From Bacteroidales bacterium (GTDB taxonomy: Bacteria > Bacteroidota > Bacteroidia > Bacteroidales > WCHB1-69), in the NCBI GenBank assembly GCA_017649855.1, contig JAGCGA010000012.1, forward strand, positions 63,311 to 127,310: a stretch of 64,000 bases of DNA, written 5' to 3'. A model generated the notes under the pieces. It did no database searches. It saw only the letters and a list, made by a program, of their open reading frames with translations, and was not told the origin of the DNA. The translations under genes were made by a program, and so were the position numbers. The number at the start of each line of letters is the position of its first letter. Positions within the stretch are counted from its first letter, which is position 1. Below are positions 18,591-28,237 of the stretch, one piece after another.

Positions 18591-20005
18591 CAGAATCGGA
18601 AATAAATGAATGGGTTGAAATCCGTGACGGCGAGCGCCCCGACAGATAGGAAAAACAATACGATGGATGTGATATATAGGATGATGGAAGAACCCTTGGT
18701 GGAGGCATCGTTAAAAAACAACCCCATCCATTTGTCTCCAATTTTCAAGGCAGGCAGGAATGAGAAGAGAATCGCTAGAACGAAGAACAGGTAACCTTGA
18801 CGGGAAATGAACACTGTTGTGCCCGGCCTAAATGCAAATAATGCCTGGTAATAATCGATGGCACCTCCCACGGTGTCGGCACGGAAGATTACCCATCCTA
18901 ATACCACTATGAAGAATGTCAGTAAGATGGATGGGAAACGCCCTATTTTCTTTAATACATCCAGCATGAATAGTCGGTCGAAAATCAGGAACGCGCCGTG
19001 AAAAACGCCCCATAAAACGAAAGTCCAGGAGGCGCCGTGCCAAAGACCTGAAATCAGAAATACTAACCAGAGGTTGAAATAGGTACGACCCTTTGATATC
19101 CGGTTACCGCCCAATGGGATGTAAAGATATTCCTTCATGAACCCGCCTAATGTGATATGCCATCGTCTCCAGAACTCACTGATACTTTGGCTGATATAGG
19201 GTACTTTAAAGTTCTCGCTGAAGCGGAATCCTAACATCCTGCCGATGCCGATGGCCATGTCGGAGTAACCTGAAAAGTCAAAATATATCTGGAAGGTGTA
19301 AGCCAGAATCCCGATCCAGGCAGTGCCTGACGACATGCTGTGGAAATCCATAGCGAAAACGTCATCTGCCACTATCGCCAGTGTGTTGGCAATCAGAACT
19401 TTTTTGCCTAATCCGATGGCGAAGCGACGAAAACCTTCCACCCTCCCAACTATTGGGATGTCCCGGTCAACGAGTTGGTCGGCAATGGTGTTGTATCGGA
19501 TGATAGGGCCCGCAATCAACTGTGGAAAGAGGGAGATGTAAAGCATATAGTCGTACCAGCGCCGCAAAGGCTCCGACACTTTGCGATAGACATCTACCGT
19601 GTAACTGATGGACTGAAAAGTGAAAAACGAGATGCCAATGGGTAGGGCTACTCGGGTAAATCGAAGGGTGGAGAGGTGAGAATATTCCAAGATGGCGTTC
19701 AAGTTGTCCATGAAAAAGTTCATGTACTTGAAATAGGCCAGGAGACCAATGTTCAATATCAGGGACAACGCCAGCCATATCTTTCTTGGCATTACATTCT
19801 GGGTGCTGTGCATTTTCTTGGTGATCAGAAAATTACATATCATCGAGAATATGAAAATGAGGAAGAAATCGGGTGCTCCCCATGCGTAAAATGCCAAAGA
19901 GGCAATTAACAGCACGACATTCTTTGCCCTTTTGGGTACCAGATAGTAAATCAGTAGTACTATCGGAAGAAAGTAGAATATAAACTCGATACTGCTAAAT
20001 ACCAT
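18590..20005 (-). CDS. MBOAT family O-acyltransferase (AlgI/PatA-like)
   Basis: MVFSS, LPIGISFFTFQ, FPQLIAGPI, QIYFDFSGYSDMAIG, EFWRRWHITL, SGLWHGA, NPFIYFRF. Confidence 0.95.
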   Translation of the reverse strand: MVFSSIEFIFYFLPIVLLIYYLVPKRAKNVVLLIASLAFYAWGAPDFFLIFIFSMICNFLITKKMHSTQNVMPRKIWLALSLILNIGLLAYFKYMNFFMDNLNAILEYSHLSTLRFTRVALPIGISFFTFQSISYTVDVYRKVSEPLRRWYDYMLYISLFPQLIAGPIIRYNTIADQLVDRDIPIVGRVEGFRRFAIGLGKKVLIANTLAIVADDVFAMDFHSMSSGTAWIGILAYTFQIYFDFSGYSDMAIGIGRMLGFRFSENFKVPYISQSISEFWRRWHITLGGFMKEYLYIPLGGNRISKGRTYFNLWLVFLISGLWHGASWTFVLWGVFHGAFLIFDRLFMLDVLKKIGRFPSILLTFFIVVLGWVIFRADTVGGAIDYYQALFAFRPGTTVFISRQGYLFFVLAILFSFLPALKIGDKWMGLFFNDASTKGSSIILYITSIVLFFLSVGALAVTDFNPFIYFRF

Positions 20006-20181
20006 TGTTTAAAGCCGATTCAATGCTTCTGTGGGGGGCTTGTGTGTAGCCTTTGTTTTTTTGGCAAAAGTACATAAATTTCAAACACATGTCAACTTAG
20101 TCAAGGTCTGTGTAAGGTTTTGCCAAGTAAAGTTCAGACAAGACAAATATTTTATATTTTTGCCTGCTAAAACACTTGGAT

Positions 20182-20862
20182 ATGACCCGTTCAAAAAGAA
20201 CACCCTTGTCGGAGCGCCCTTTGCCTAATTATTCTCTGAAAGAGGAGAGGATGAATATGTACAGTCATCTCTTTGGCGTGTTATGTGCGTTGGTGATGTT
20301 GGGAATAGTAATCCAAGCCACAAGCCAACATCCGCTTCCTTATGCTAGGCTGAGCAGTGTGGTATATGTCTTGTCTGTTTTGGCCATGCTGGTTGTGTCC
20401 AGTGTCTATCATGGTCTTCCTAAAGGGATGTCCAAACAGGTAATGCGGGTGGTGGATCATTGTGTCATCTTTTTCACGATAGCTGGCACGTATACACCCA
20501 TCACCTTGTTGGGCATTCGGCTGATCAATCCGGTTATGGCGTGGTCTATTCTTGGAGTCGAGTGGGTGTTAGCCATTCTCGGAGCCATCCTCAACGCCAT
20601 AGATTTGCATAAATACTCCAGGTTTTCCATGGCCTGTTATCTCGGAATGGGCTGGTGCGTCATCATCAGCCTCAAGCCAGCCATCCAAGCCATGACTCTT
20701 TCCGGCTTTATGTGGATATTGGGTGGCGGTATTGCCTACACAATCGGAGCCATACTCTATCAGATCGGGAAAAAGAAGCCATATCGGCACGCCGTGTTCC
20801 ATATCTTTGTCTTGCTTGGCGTGCTGATACAATTTGTCGGCGTTTGGAAATATCTCCTGTAA
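20182..20862 (+). CDS. Hemolysin III / PAQR family membrane protein
   Basis: EERMNMYSH, SSVYH, DHCVIFFTIAGTYTP, YLGMGW, GGIAYTIGA, HAVFHIFVL. Confidence 0.92.
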   Translation: MTRSKRTPLSERPLPNYSLKEERMNMYSHLFGVLCALVMLGIVIQATSQHPLPYARLSSVVYVLSVLAMLVVSSVYHGLPKGMSKQVMRVVDHCVIFFTIAGTYTPITLLGIRLINPVMAWSILGVEWVLAILGAILNAIDLHKYSRFSMACYLGMGWCVIISLKPAIQAMTLSGFMWILGGGIAYTIGAILYQIGKKKPYRHAVFHIFVLLGVLIQFVGVWKYLL

Positions 20863-20867
20863 GCAGA

Positions 20868-21815
20868 CTACTCCTCTTTGGGTAACGCTTTGAAGCCTTG
20901 TCCCATAATCTCCGCACTTTCAATCAGGTTGACGAAGGCGGTGGGGTCAATGCGGTGGAGGTTGTCTTTCAATTTCACGAAGTCTGCACGGTCAAGGGAT
21001 ACGTAGATCATGTTACGTTCCACTCCCGCATATAGGCCTTTCCCCACGAACAAGGTGCCTCCGCGTTTCAAGTCGTCAATGATGAAGCTTCGCATGTTGT
21101 CCACTTCGTTGGTGACGATGAAAGCGGTTTTGTAGGATTTGAATCCCTCCACGATGAGGTCGATGATCTTTCCTTCGATATAGATCAAAAGAATAGAGTA
21201 GATGGGCAGCCGAATCTGTTTGAAAGCAATGAGCGTGGTGAGTGTGATGATGGAGTCCACCACCATGACCAGCGTGCCTAAAGATATCTTGGTATATTTG
21301 TGGATGATCATGGAGATGATGTCACTGCCTCCCGAAGTGGCTCCTGACTTGAATATAAGTCCGATGGCAACACCATAGATGAGACCTGCCACCACCGTGT
21401 TCAAAAAGTAGTCTGGCATAAAGAACATCTCGCTATGTGGAATCTGCACCATGTTGGGCAGCTGCTCGGCAGCGGAGACAATACCTTCATGAATGACGGG
21501 ATTGTATCCCCAGAAGGTCTCAATGATCCAGGTGAAAGCGAAAATCATGATCGTGGAAAGCACGGTCTTGAAGCCGAATTTGGGGCCTAAAATCCAAGTG
21601 CCTATGAGCAGCAGCGGAATGTCCATACAGATGGCATAATAGCTGATCTTCCAAGGCCATACGGTGTTCAGCACGTTGGAGAGACCATAGGTCCCGCCAG
21701 GCGCCAGAAGATATGGGTTGACGAACATAACGTCTCCGACGGCAAAGAGGAAACTGCCGGCAATAAGCATCAAATATGCGATAATCAGGTCCTTAACATT
21801 CTTTTTCTGTTCCAT
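20868..21815 (-). CDS. YitT family membrane protein
   Basis: LAPGG, GATSGGSDIIS, KRGGT...GKGLY, IDPTAFV, IMGQGF. Confidence 0.9.
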   Translation of the reverse strand: MEQKKNVKDLIIAYLMLIAGSFLFAVGDVMFVNPYLLAPGGTYGLSNVLNTVWPWKISYYAICMDIPLLLIGTWILGPKFGFKTVLSTIMIFAFTWIIETFWGYNPVIHEGIVSAAEQLPNMVQIPHSEMFFMPDYFLNTVVAGLIYGVAIGLIFKSGATSGGSDIISMIIHKYTKISLGTLVMVVDSIITLTTLIAFKQIRLPIYSILLIYIEGKIIDLIVEGFKSYKTAFIVTNEVDNMRSFIIDDLKRGGTLFVGKGLYAGVERNMIYVSLDRADFVKLKDNLHRIDPTAFVNLIESAEIMGQGFKALPKEE

Positions 21816-21863
21816 ATTACGCGTGAGATTTTCGGCCGCAAAGATAGCATTTTGTGACGAAAC

Positions 21864-21899
21864 AAAAAAAAATGACGCATTTATGATGCGTCATTTTTT
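21864..21899 (-). terminator. Intrinsic terminator downstream of tRNA-Gln
   Basis: A9-TGACGCAT-TTATG-ATGCGTCA-T6 perfect stem flanked by A and T runs. Confidence 0.8.
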
Positions 21900-21909
21900 G
21901 ATTTTGTTG

Positions 21910-21980
21910 TTGCCCCGATAGGATTCGAACCCATACAAACAGAACCAGAATCTGCGGTGCTACCATTACACAACAGGGCA
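21910..21980 (-). tRNA. tRNA-Gln (CTG)
   Basis: Reverse complement TGCCCTGTTGTGTAATGGTAGCACCGCAGATTCTGGTTCTGTTTGTATGGGTTCGAATCCTATCGGGGCAA folds as a cloverleaf with anticodon CTG. Confidence 0.96.
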
Positions 21981-21988
21981 AGCGTGAA

Positions 21989-22031
21989 AAGGTGCGCAAA
22001 AATACATTTTTTTTAGTATCCTGCGCACCTT
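21989..22031 (-). promoter_or_regulatory. Inverted repeat containing the tRNA-Gln -7 box (21997-22004); likely also terminator of the upstream gene
   Basis: AAGGTGCGCA...TGCGCACCTT arms, with TATTTTTG on the minus strand overlapping one arm. Confidence 0.6.
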
Positions 22032-22058
22032 GGCGATATTTTTTTTTATTTTTTTTCT

Positions 22059-23138
22059 TTAGGCAACGAAGACCACTTCGTACCAGAGGTATCCACTTAC
22101 GATAACTTCCTTGTAGTAAACGTTATCCACTTTGAAGTAGAGGTTGCCGTCCAGGACAATTTCCTCGTAGGTGCTGGGGAGTTCTGCCACTCTTGCTCCG
22201 ATAGGAGGTGCTACCACTTCGTAATCGATCTTGTTGGAGTGACGTCTGTAGAAGGTTCCGTCGTCGTAATAGTAGCTAACGTTCTTGTAGACTACGATGA
22301 TGGGTCTCCAGGTGTTGAAGATGCTGTAGGCAATCACGGCTCCGATAGGCGGGCGGCAGATGATGTAGCGGCCATTGATGTAGCGGCAGAAGATGCTGTT
22401 GTAGAAGTAATAGGGCACGCCATGATAGTAAACTGGACGGATGCGAGGAGGGATGTTCATGTAGTAGCCAAAGTTGTGGTAGTTCGGGTGCATGTAGGGA
22501 TGGCATTTCGGAGCGTTGGAGTTGTTGTTGTGCACCGGAGCGGGTTGCGGTTTGGGCTGACCCTGGTCGTTGTATCCCCTTTGAGGAGCAGGATTGTTTG
22601 CTGCGCTAGATCCACCACGCTGATTGCTGGTGTGAGCTGTAGAATTGCTCTCTCTGGCAGAAGTGGAGGTGGCTGCAGGAGTTCCTGTGGTAGTTCTGTT
22701 GGTTGCTGCCGAAGAGGACGTCGCAGGTTTGGTGGTGGCGGAGGTGGCAGGTCTTGTCGTAGTACTGGAAGTGGCGGGTTTCGTCGTCACCGGTCTGGTT
22801 GTCGTGGAAGAGGAAGCGGGTCTTGCCGTAGTGCTGGAAGTAGCAGGTCTTGCCGTGGAGGTAGAGGTTCTGGAAGAGTTGTTAGCCGGGACGGTGGCTG
22901 GTCTTGTATTAGGAGTGCTACTGATGGTCTGAGCTCTTTGATAGCTGCTGTTGGCTTTATTCAGCTGTACATCGCCTTTCTTCACCTGACGCGCAGCTTG
23001 GCTAGACGCGCTGGAAGTGGTTTGTGTCCGACTACTTGAAGAAGTAGTTTGCCGTGCGGCGGGATTCTGACCCATAACATCTGTCGTGGCCAAACCTACC
23101 ATGCAGAATACGCACAACATTGCAATTAACTTTTTCAT
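22059..23138 (-). CDS. Exported protein with Ser/Thr-rich repeats and a C-terminal DUF6515-like Tyr-rich domain
   Basis: Signal peptide (VMG-Q), TTxRPATSS repeats, duplicated YYY..G.FY...VV.PPIGA units. Confidence 0.75.
   Translation of the reverse strand: MKKLIAMLCVFCMVGLATTDVMGQNPAARQTTSSSSRTQTTSSASSQAARQVKKGDVQLNKANSSYQRAQTISSTPNTRPATVPANNSSRTSTSTARPATSSTTARPASSSTTTRPVTTKPATSSTTTRPATSATTKPATSSSAATNRTTTGTPAATSTSARESNSTAHTSNQRGGSSAANNPAPQRGYNDQGQPKPQPAPVHNNNSNAPKCHPYMHPNYHNFGYYMNIPPRIRPVYYHGVPYYFYNSIFCRYINGRYIICRPPIGAVIAYSIFNTWRPIIVVYKNVSYYYDDGTFYRRHSNKIDYEVVAPPIGARVAELPSTYEEIVLDGNLYFKVDNVYYKEVIVSGYLWYEVVFVA
22660..22920 (-). repeat. Coding degenerate tandem repeats (T-T-[AT]-[RK]-P-A-[TS]-S-S)
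   Basis: About six imperfect copies visible in the protein and DNA (gcaggtctt, gcgggtctt, gcgggtttc). Confidence 0.75.
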
Positions 23139-23200
23139 AGCGATATGTTTTTAATGATGAAACAATACGAAACGTAAGACACCCTATATAGGGGTGAAGT

Positions 23201-25306
23201 TTAACGCGCTATGATTAATTTTTGTGTCTTTGAGGAAGAAGACCCTTGAATGCGGACCATATAGATGCCGTTGGCCAAACCGCTAACATCCATGTCGGTG
23301 GAGCCATCCATGTCCGGAGTGACAGTTTGGAGGGCTTTGCCGGAGAGATCGTAAATGGTGATGAAGCTGTGGTTGTCGTTCGCGGGGGCGGTCGTGATCG
23401 TAATATGGTGTGTGGCTGGATTCGGCTGAATCGTCATATCCTGCCCTTCATAATCCTGAATGCCTTCAGGAACAAAGGCGTTCCAGTGGAAGGTGAATCC
23501 ATCGGCATGCAGATAATTGTCAGAGATAAAGGTGATTCTGAGTTTGCCAGTATAGAAGGTGATGGGGTCGGGGATAGTATGGCCCGAGAAATCGGCCAGC
23601 AAGGTGTTGTTATTGCTCAAATCATAGAAACACAAGTGGTCTTCAGGACTCAAGTCGAATTCATCAAAGTTGATGTCGATATGTTCAGCGTTGTGAACGC
23701 GTACGCTCCAGTAGCAGTTGGCGTTATCTTTGTACATGGCATCTCCACTACCATCAGTGATCGTGCCTTGTGGGTCATGGGAGATGACCGTGACACAGTT
23801 AGTCACGTTGCGATAAGAGTAGAAACTGAGGTGCCAGCCAGCATCCGTGATGGAGTCATCCGTGTTAAAAGTGATATAAAGGCTGTCCGTATAGAAATTG
23901 TAGGAAGGGTGGTTGGAGATATGACCAGACAGTGTCTGTAGCAGGTTGCCTTGAGATGGGTGTCCATCCCAGAAGCTGAGGGTGTCGAGGCCTGCTTGTG
24001 TATTGAAGCGGTCGATGTAAACCGAAATCATATAGACATCATCCCCCGTGATGACATGAGTGCAGGATTCGTTGTTCTGATAGTTCAGATTCCGGCTACC
24101 GTCATCTAGTGTGCCCGATTTGCTGGTGATGGTCTTTTCGGAACAGTAGAAGGGGAAGTCGTCGTTGTCGGGGTAGATGTTGCGGATGCAGCTTTGCCCG
24201 CTGCTATAGCCGCCAACGGCATTGGAATAGGTGTCGGAGTTGTTGAGGGCGTAGAAACCATTGGATGAGCCGCCCCACCCAAAGTTGAAATGGAAATGGT
24301 TGTCACTGTTGTAGCCGTCGCAGACAAAGGCATGGCCGCCTTCGCTGGAGTAGCCAGAGTAATAGACAGGCCGGTTGGCGTTAAGATCGGTCTTCAGATA
24401 GTTGCGCCATTGGGAATTGTTGGTTCCCCACTTGCTGGAGTAATTGGCTTGGGGAGAATATTGGAAATAGGTGCTGAGCGCGTCAGGCACGTTCTCGGAG
24501 TAGGCCCCCGATCCATCGGGCGCGTACGACATATCCACAGAGGTGGCGCAGTCGAAGATCAACTTGGCAACTTCGTTGTTGTAGCCCGACAAGGCATCTT
24601 CCATCACCTCGTAGTTGAAAGTCTCATTGCTGTAGTTTACGGTGAAGTTTCCATAGTCCGTGTGGTTGGTGTGTTGGCCGGTGCCTTGGCTGGGATAACG
24701 GTAGTAGTAGATGATCTGGGCCATAGCCACAGCTACACAGCCATTCGGAGTGCGGCCGTCATATCCTGATGGTGAATTCTCGTCTTGAGGTGAATACTGG
24801 TTGTAGTATTTGGTCTGATTCCACGTGGAGGTCAGCAAAGGAGAAACCACTTCTTCAAGGGTGTTTTTGGCTTGATGGTTCTTTAGCTCCTGCCAGGCTG
24901 TCTGAACGTCTTCGGCCGGCTCCAAAGCATGGGAGCGGATGGCGGAAATCTCTTTCTGATATTGCTCCAAAAACATTTTGGCTCCGGGAGCGGCCGTCTC
25001 CATGGTGAACTCACCTTCAAATCCGTATGCCAATACCGGGATGGAGGCATCATCAGCAGCCATGATGATAAAGCCATGGCTGAAATTCAAGACTGCCATG
25101 AGCGTCTCGTTGTTCTCCTCGATGAAGAAATAGGATTTGATCTCTTCCATGGCTGGATCGTGCTGAATCGCGGCTTTTTTCTGGCGGAATGCCTCTTGAC
25201 CCAGGGAAAGAAGCTGGCTTTTGTCAATAGGGGAGGCCCATGAAGAAAGCGATAAAACAACAGAAACCAGTAGTGTTAAAAGGGTGAAACGGTAATTGTG
25301 ACTCAT
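23201..25306 (-). CDS. C10 family cysteine protease (SpeB/interpain-like) with two CUB domains and a T9SS type A C-terminal signal
   Basis: Prodomain (IMAADD..PVLAY), catalytic GCVAVAMAQ and GHAFVCDG, FNFGWGG, two CUB-like units (DGS..Y.NN..C...F.TD....GW), CTD IQPNPA...IYDLSG...GIYMV...KLII. Confidence 0.93.
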   Translation of the reverse strand: MSHNYRFTLLTLLVSVVLSLSSWASPIDKSQLLSLGQEAFRQKKAAIQHDPAMEEIKSYFFIEENNETLMAVLNFSHGFIIMAADDASIPVLAYGFEGEFTMETAAPGAKMFLEQYQKEISAIRSHALEPAEDVQTAWQELKNHQAKNTLEEVVSPLLTSTWNQTKYYNQYSPQDENSPSGYDGRTPNGCVAVAMAQIIYYYRYPSQGTGQHTNHTDYGNFTVNYSNETFNYEVMEDALSGYNNEVAKLIFDCATSVDMSYAPDGSGAYSENVPDALSTYFQYSPQANYSSKWGTNNSQWRNYLKTDLNANRPVYYSGYSSEGGHAFVCDGYNSDNHFHFNFGWGGSSNGFYALNNSDTYSNAVGGYSSGQSCIRNIYPDNDDFPFYCSEKTITSKSGTLDDGSRNLNYQNNESCTHVITGDDVYMISVYIDRFNTQAGLDTLSFWDGHPSQGNLLQTLSGHISNHPSYNFYTDSLYITFNTDDSITDAGWHLSFYSYRNVTNCVTVISHDPQGTITDGSGDAMYKDNANCYWSVRVHNAEHIDINFDEFDLSPEDHLCFYDLSNNNTLLADFSGHTIPDPITFYTGKLRITFISDNYLHADGFTFHWNAFVPEGIQDYEGQDMTIQPNPATHHITITTAPANDNHSFITIYDLSGKALQTVTPDMDGSTDMDVSGLANGIYMVRIQGSSSSKTQKLIIAR

Positions 25307-25502
25307 ATGTTATATGTAAAACTTAAAGGCGGCAAAGATAAAAAAAATCTTGAAACAGGAAGAGTGATGACGACATGTTTTTTGACAAAACACGAAAAAT
25401 TATTGACATAATTTCCTAACTGCCATGCGTGGCTTCTTTGCCGGCATGAAAAACGCACATGGTTTTTGTTGAAGGGTTATTCAGGATATAAATGAGGAAG
25501 TT

Positions 25503-25847
25503 TTAGGAGAAGAAAGGCAGGTAGGCGAGGGAGTACTCGACGATGATGGCCACGAGAACGGCGATGAGGGCTACTCGGACCAGTCCGCGGTCGCGCCATG
25601 CCAGCAGCAGTGCGACACAAGTGGCCAGTACGGCGGAGAGGGAGATGTGGGGTTCTGTGCCCGTGGCGGAGGTGGAGTAGAAGACGTAGGGGAAGGTCAT
25701 GGCCGCCAGTACGCAGTAGGGGATATAGAACAGGAAGTCCTGTACCCATTCGTTTTCGAGTTTTTTGCGCACGAACCCGATCGGGATAACTCGGATCAGG
25801 TAGGTGGTCAGGAACATCAGAATCATACAGATGATGGGGTGTTTCAT
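25503..25847 (-). CDS. azlD: AzlD domain membrane protein
   Basis: TYLIRVIP, FLFYIPYCVLAAMTFP. Overlaps the azlC stop by 4 nt. Confidence 0.85.
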   Translation of the reverse strand: MKHPIICMILMFLTTYLIRVIPIGFVRKKLENEWVQDFLFYIPYCVLAAMTFPYVFYSTSATGTEPHISLSAVLATCVALLLAWRDRGLVRVALIAVLVAIIVEYSLAYLPFFS

Positions 25848-26581
25848 GCGACCCTCCTTTCTGCCAGTCGCATTTTCCGGTGGCGTTTCACCTCTTTGAT
25901 GGAGGCGCAGATGGCAGCGCCCAGGATGGCGGAGATGATGATGGCCCAGCCTCCTCCTCCTTTGGTAGTAAGGACATTAAGACCAGGCATGTATTTGAAC
26001 AGGCAGGAGAGCAGGATGGAGACCACCACGGCAAGCGTCACCTTGCGGCTTTTGCGTGCCGGTGGGATGATGATGGCAATGAACATGCAGTACAAAGCGA
26101 TGCCCATACAGCCCTGCATCATGGGGGAAAGGAGGCTCGAGGCGACGGCTCCCAGCAATGTTCCGATGGTCCATCCGAAGATGGGCGGAGCCATCAGGCC
26201 TCCGAAGAAGGGGAAAGACACTTCGTCGGGTTCCATGGAGGCGAGGGCGAAGACTTCGTCGGTGATGCAGTAAGCCATCACGGCCCGTTTATAGAAAGGC
26301 ATGTCAGGATCTATCTTCTGAGAAAGAGAGAGTGACATGAGGAAATATCGTAAGTTGATGACGAAGGTGGTGACAATCAACTCGATATAAGGCGCCCCAC
26401 CTTCGATGAGGCGGATGCCGGCGAATTGTCCAGCTGAAGCCATGTTGGAGAAGGAGATAAGGGTGGCCTCCAATGGGGAGAAGCCCATTTTGACGGCTAT
26501 CAGTCCGAATGTAAAGGAGACGGGAATGTATCCCAAACAGATGGGGATGCCCTTTTTTAATCCTCTAACAAACTCATTCAT
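25844..26581 (-). CDS. azlC: AzlC family branched-chain amino acid exporter
   Basis: GIPICLGY, SAGQF, INLRYFLMS, ITDEVFA, ALYCMFIAI. Start set at ATG 26581. Confidence 0.9.
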   Translation of the reverse strand: MNEFVRGLKKGIPICLGYIPVSFTFGLIAVKMGFSPLEATLISFSNMASAGQFAGIRLIEGGAPYIELIVTTFVINLRYFLMSLSLSQKIDPDMPFYKRAVMAYCITDEVFALASMEPDEVSFPFFGGLMAPPIFGWTIGTLLGAVASSLLSPMMQGCMGIALYCMFIAIIIPPARKSRKVTLAVVVSILLSCLFKYMPGLNVLTTKGGGGWAIIISAILGAAICASIKEVKRHRKMRLAERRVA

Positions 26582-26659
26582 AGCACGTTGTTGTTTTTCC
26601 TTATCGAACGGCAAAGATAGTAAAAATAATGATAGAAAGATGGTGTGGTCAAGATTCCG

Positions 26660-28222
26660 CTACAAAGTGGGTTGGCAGGTTGCGGCGATGGCGCTTTTCA
26701 GTCCGTCAATGGCGGCGCTCATGATGCCTCCGGCGTAGCCTGCGCCTTCTCCGATAGGATAGATTCCGGCCACTTTACACATCCTGTCAGCGCCACGAAG
26801 TATGCGAACGGGCGATGAGGAGCGGCTCTCGATGCCAGTCAGGACAGCGTCGGGGTGGGTGAAGCCATGCATTTTCTTGTCAAAGAGCGGAAGGGCTTCC
26901 CGCAGAGAGTTCACGATGTAGTCGGGAAGACATTGCCGGAAGTCGCAGAAGACGAGCCCGTGGGGGTAGGAGGGTTTGATGCTTCGTATCTCTTTGGCGA
27001 TGGTTTTGGCGAGAAATTCCTTCATGAGGTTGCCGGGGGCCCGGTAGTCGCCTCCGATTTCGAAAGCTTTCCGCTCATAGAGTTCCTGGTAGGCGAGGCC
27101 GTCAAGAGGGTTGTCATGGAGAAAGTCTTCGGGGCGGACGTTGACGAGCAGGGCGCTGTTGGCATTGGCCTTGTCGCGGCTGTGTTCGCTCATGCCGTTG
27201 GTGACGATGGTCTTAGGGTCATTGGTGGAGGCCATCACAGTGCCGCCGGGGCACATGCAGAAGGTATAGACGCTCCTTTCGGCAAGGTGCACCACTCCTT
27301 TGTAGGATGCTGGGGGCAGGAAACGAGCGGCGGGGCCGTATTGTATCTTGTTGATAAGCGTTTGCGGGTGCTCTATACGCACACCCATGGAGAAGCCTTT
27401 GGCCTCCATGTCCAGTCCTTGGGCGTGAAGCGCCCGGATGGTGTCGCGTGCGGAGTGGCCGATGCCCAGGAAGAGATGCTGTGTTTGGAGATCCATCTCG
27501 GGGGTGCAGTGAATGTGAAGACAATCCTCTTTTGGAAGGAAACCAGTAAATAGGGTGTTGAAATGAAACTCTCCACCTAAAGATTCTATTTCCTGACGGA
27601 TATTCCTGACGACCTGCTCGAGGTAGTCGGTGCCGACGTGTGGGTTCTGCATATAGGTCACGTCTTCGTTGGCGCCATGGAGATAGAATTCTCTCAGTAC
27701 AAAGGCGTTGTATTCGCTGTGGACGTTTGTGTTCAGTTTGCCATCCGAGAAGGTGCCGGCACCGCCCTCTCCGAATTGTACGTTAGATTCCGAATTCAGG
27801 ATCTTGTCGGACAGGAACAGGGCGACGGATTGTTTTCGCTCCTCGATCTTTTGTCCTCGTTCCAGGATGATGGGGCGGGCTTGGCAGCGTGCGAGGTAGA
27901 GGGCTGCAAACATGCCTGCGGGCCCGAAACCCACCACCACTGGTCGGTCTGGATGCGGCCATTTCGGATAGGTCATCGGAACTGCTTCCGGAAGAAGAGT
28001 CACCGAATCGTGTTGCAACAGGTCCTGACGATGGTCAGGAGCAGAAAGGCTCACCTGGAAATCGTACCAGATGTTGGGCTTTTTCCGGGCATCAATAGCC
28101 TGTCGGAGAATCCTGAAATCTGTGATCTCCGACTTGTCAAGATGCAACATACGGCAGATCTTGGCGGTCAGGTCAGTCTGATCGTTGACCGGGATTCGGA
28201 TATTGGCGACCTTGATGCGCAT
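26660..28222 (-). CDS. FAD/NAD(P)-dependent oxidoreductase (uncharacterised dehydrogenase family)
   Basis: VVGFGPAG, FGEGGAGTFSDGKL, PHVGTD, GHSARDT, FCMCPGG, GEGAGYAGGIMSAA. Confidence 0.9.
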   Translation of the reverse strand: MRIKVANIRIPVNDQTDLTAKICRMLHLDKSEITDFRILRQAIDARKKPNIWYDFQVSLSAPDHRQDLLQHDSVTLLPEAVPMTYPKWPHPDRPVVVGFGPAGMFAALYLARCQARPIILERGQKIEERKQSVALFLSDKILNSESNVQFGEGGAGTFSDGKLNTNVHSEYNAFVLREFYLHGANEDVTYMQNPHVGTDYLEQVVRNIRQEIESLGGEFHFNTLFTGFLPKEDCLHIHCTPEMDLQTQHLFLGIGHSARDTIRALHAQGLDMEAKGFSMGVRIEHPQTLINKIQYGPAARFLPPASYKGVVHLAERSVYTFCMCPGGTVMASTNDPKTIVTNGMSEHSRDKANANSALLVNVRPEDFLHDNPLDGLAYQELYERKAFEIGGDYRAPGNLMKEFLAKTIAKEIRSIKPSYPHGLVFCDFRQCLPDYIVNSLREALPLFDKKMHGFTHPDAVLTGIESRSSSPVRILRGADRMCKVAGIYPIGEGAGYAGGIMSAAIDGLKSAIAATCQPTL

Positions 28223-28237
28223 CCGTTCCGCAGGGAT

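Noticed and set aside
17113-21980. Genomic island between tRNA-Asn and tRNA-Gln
   Set aside because: I found no integrase and no duplicated tRNA 3' end; both tRNAs are followed directly by their terminators.
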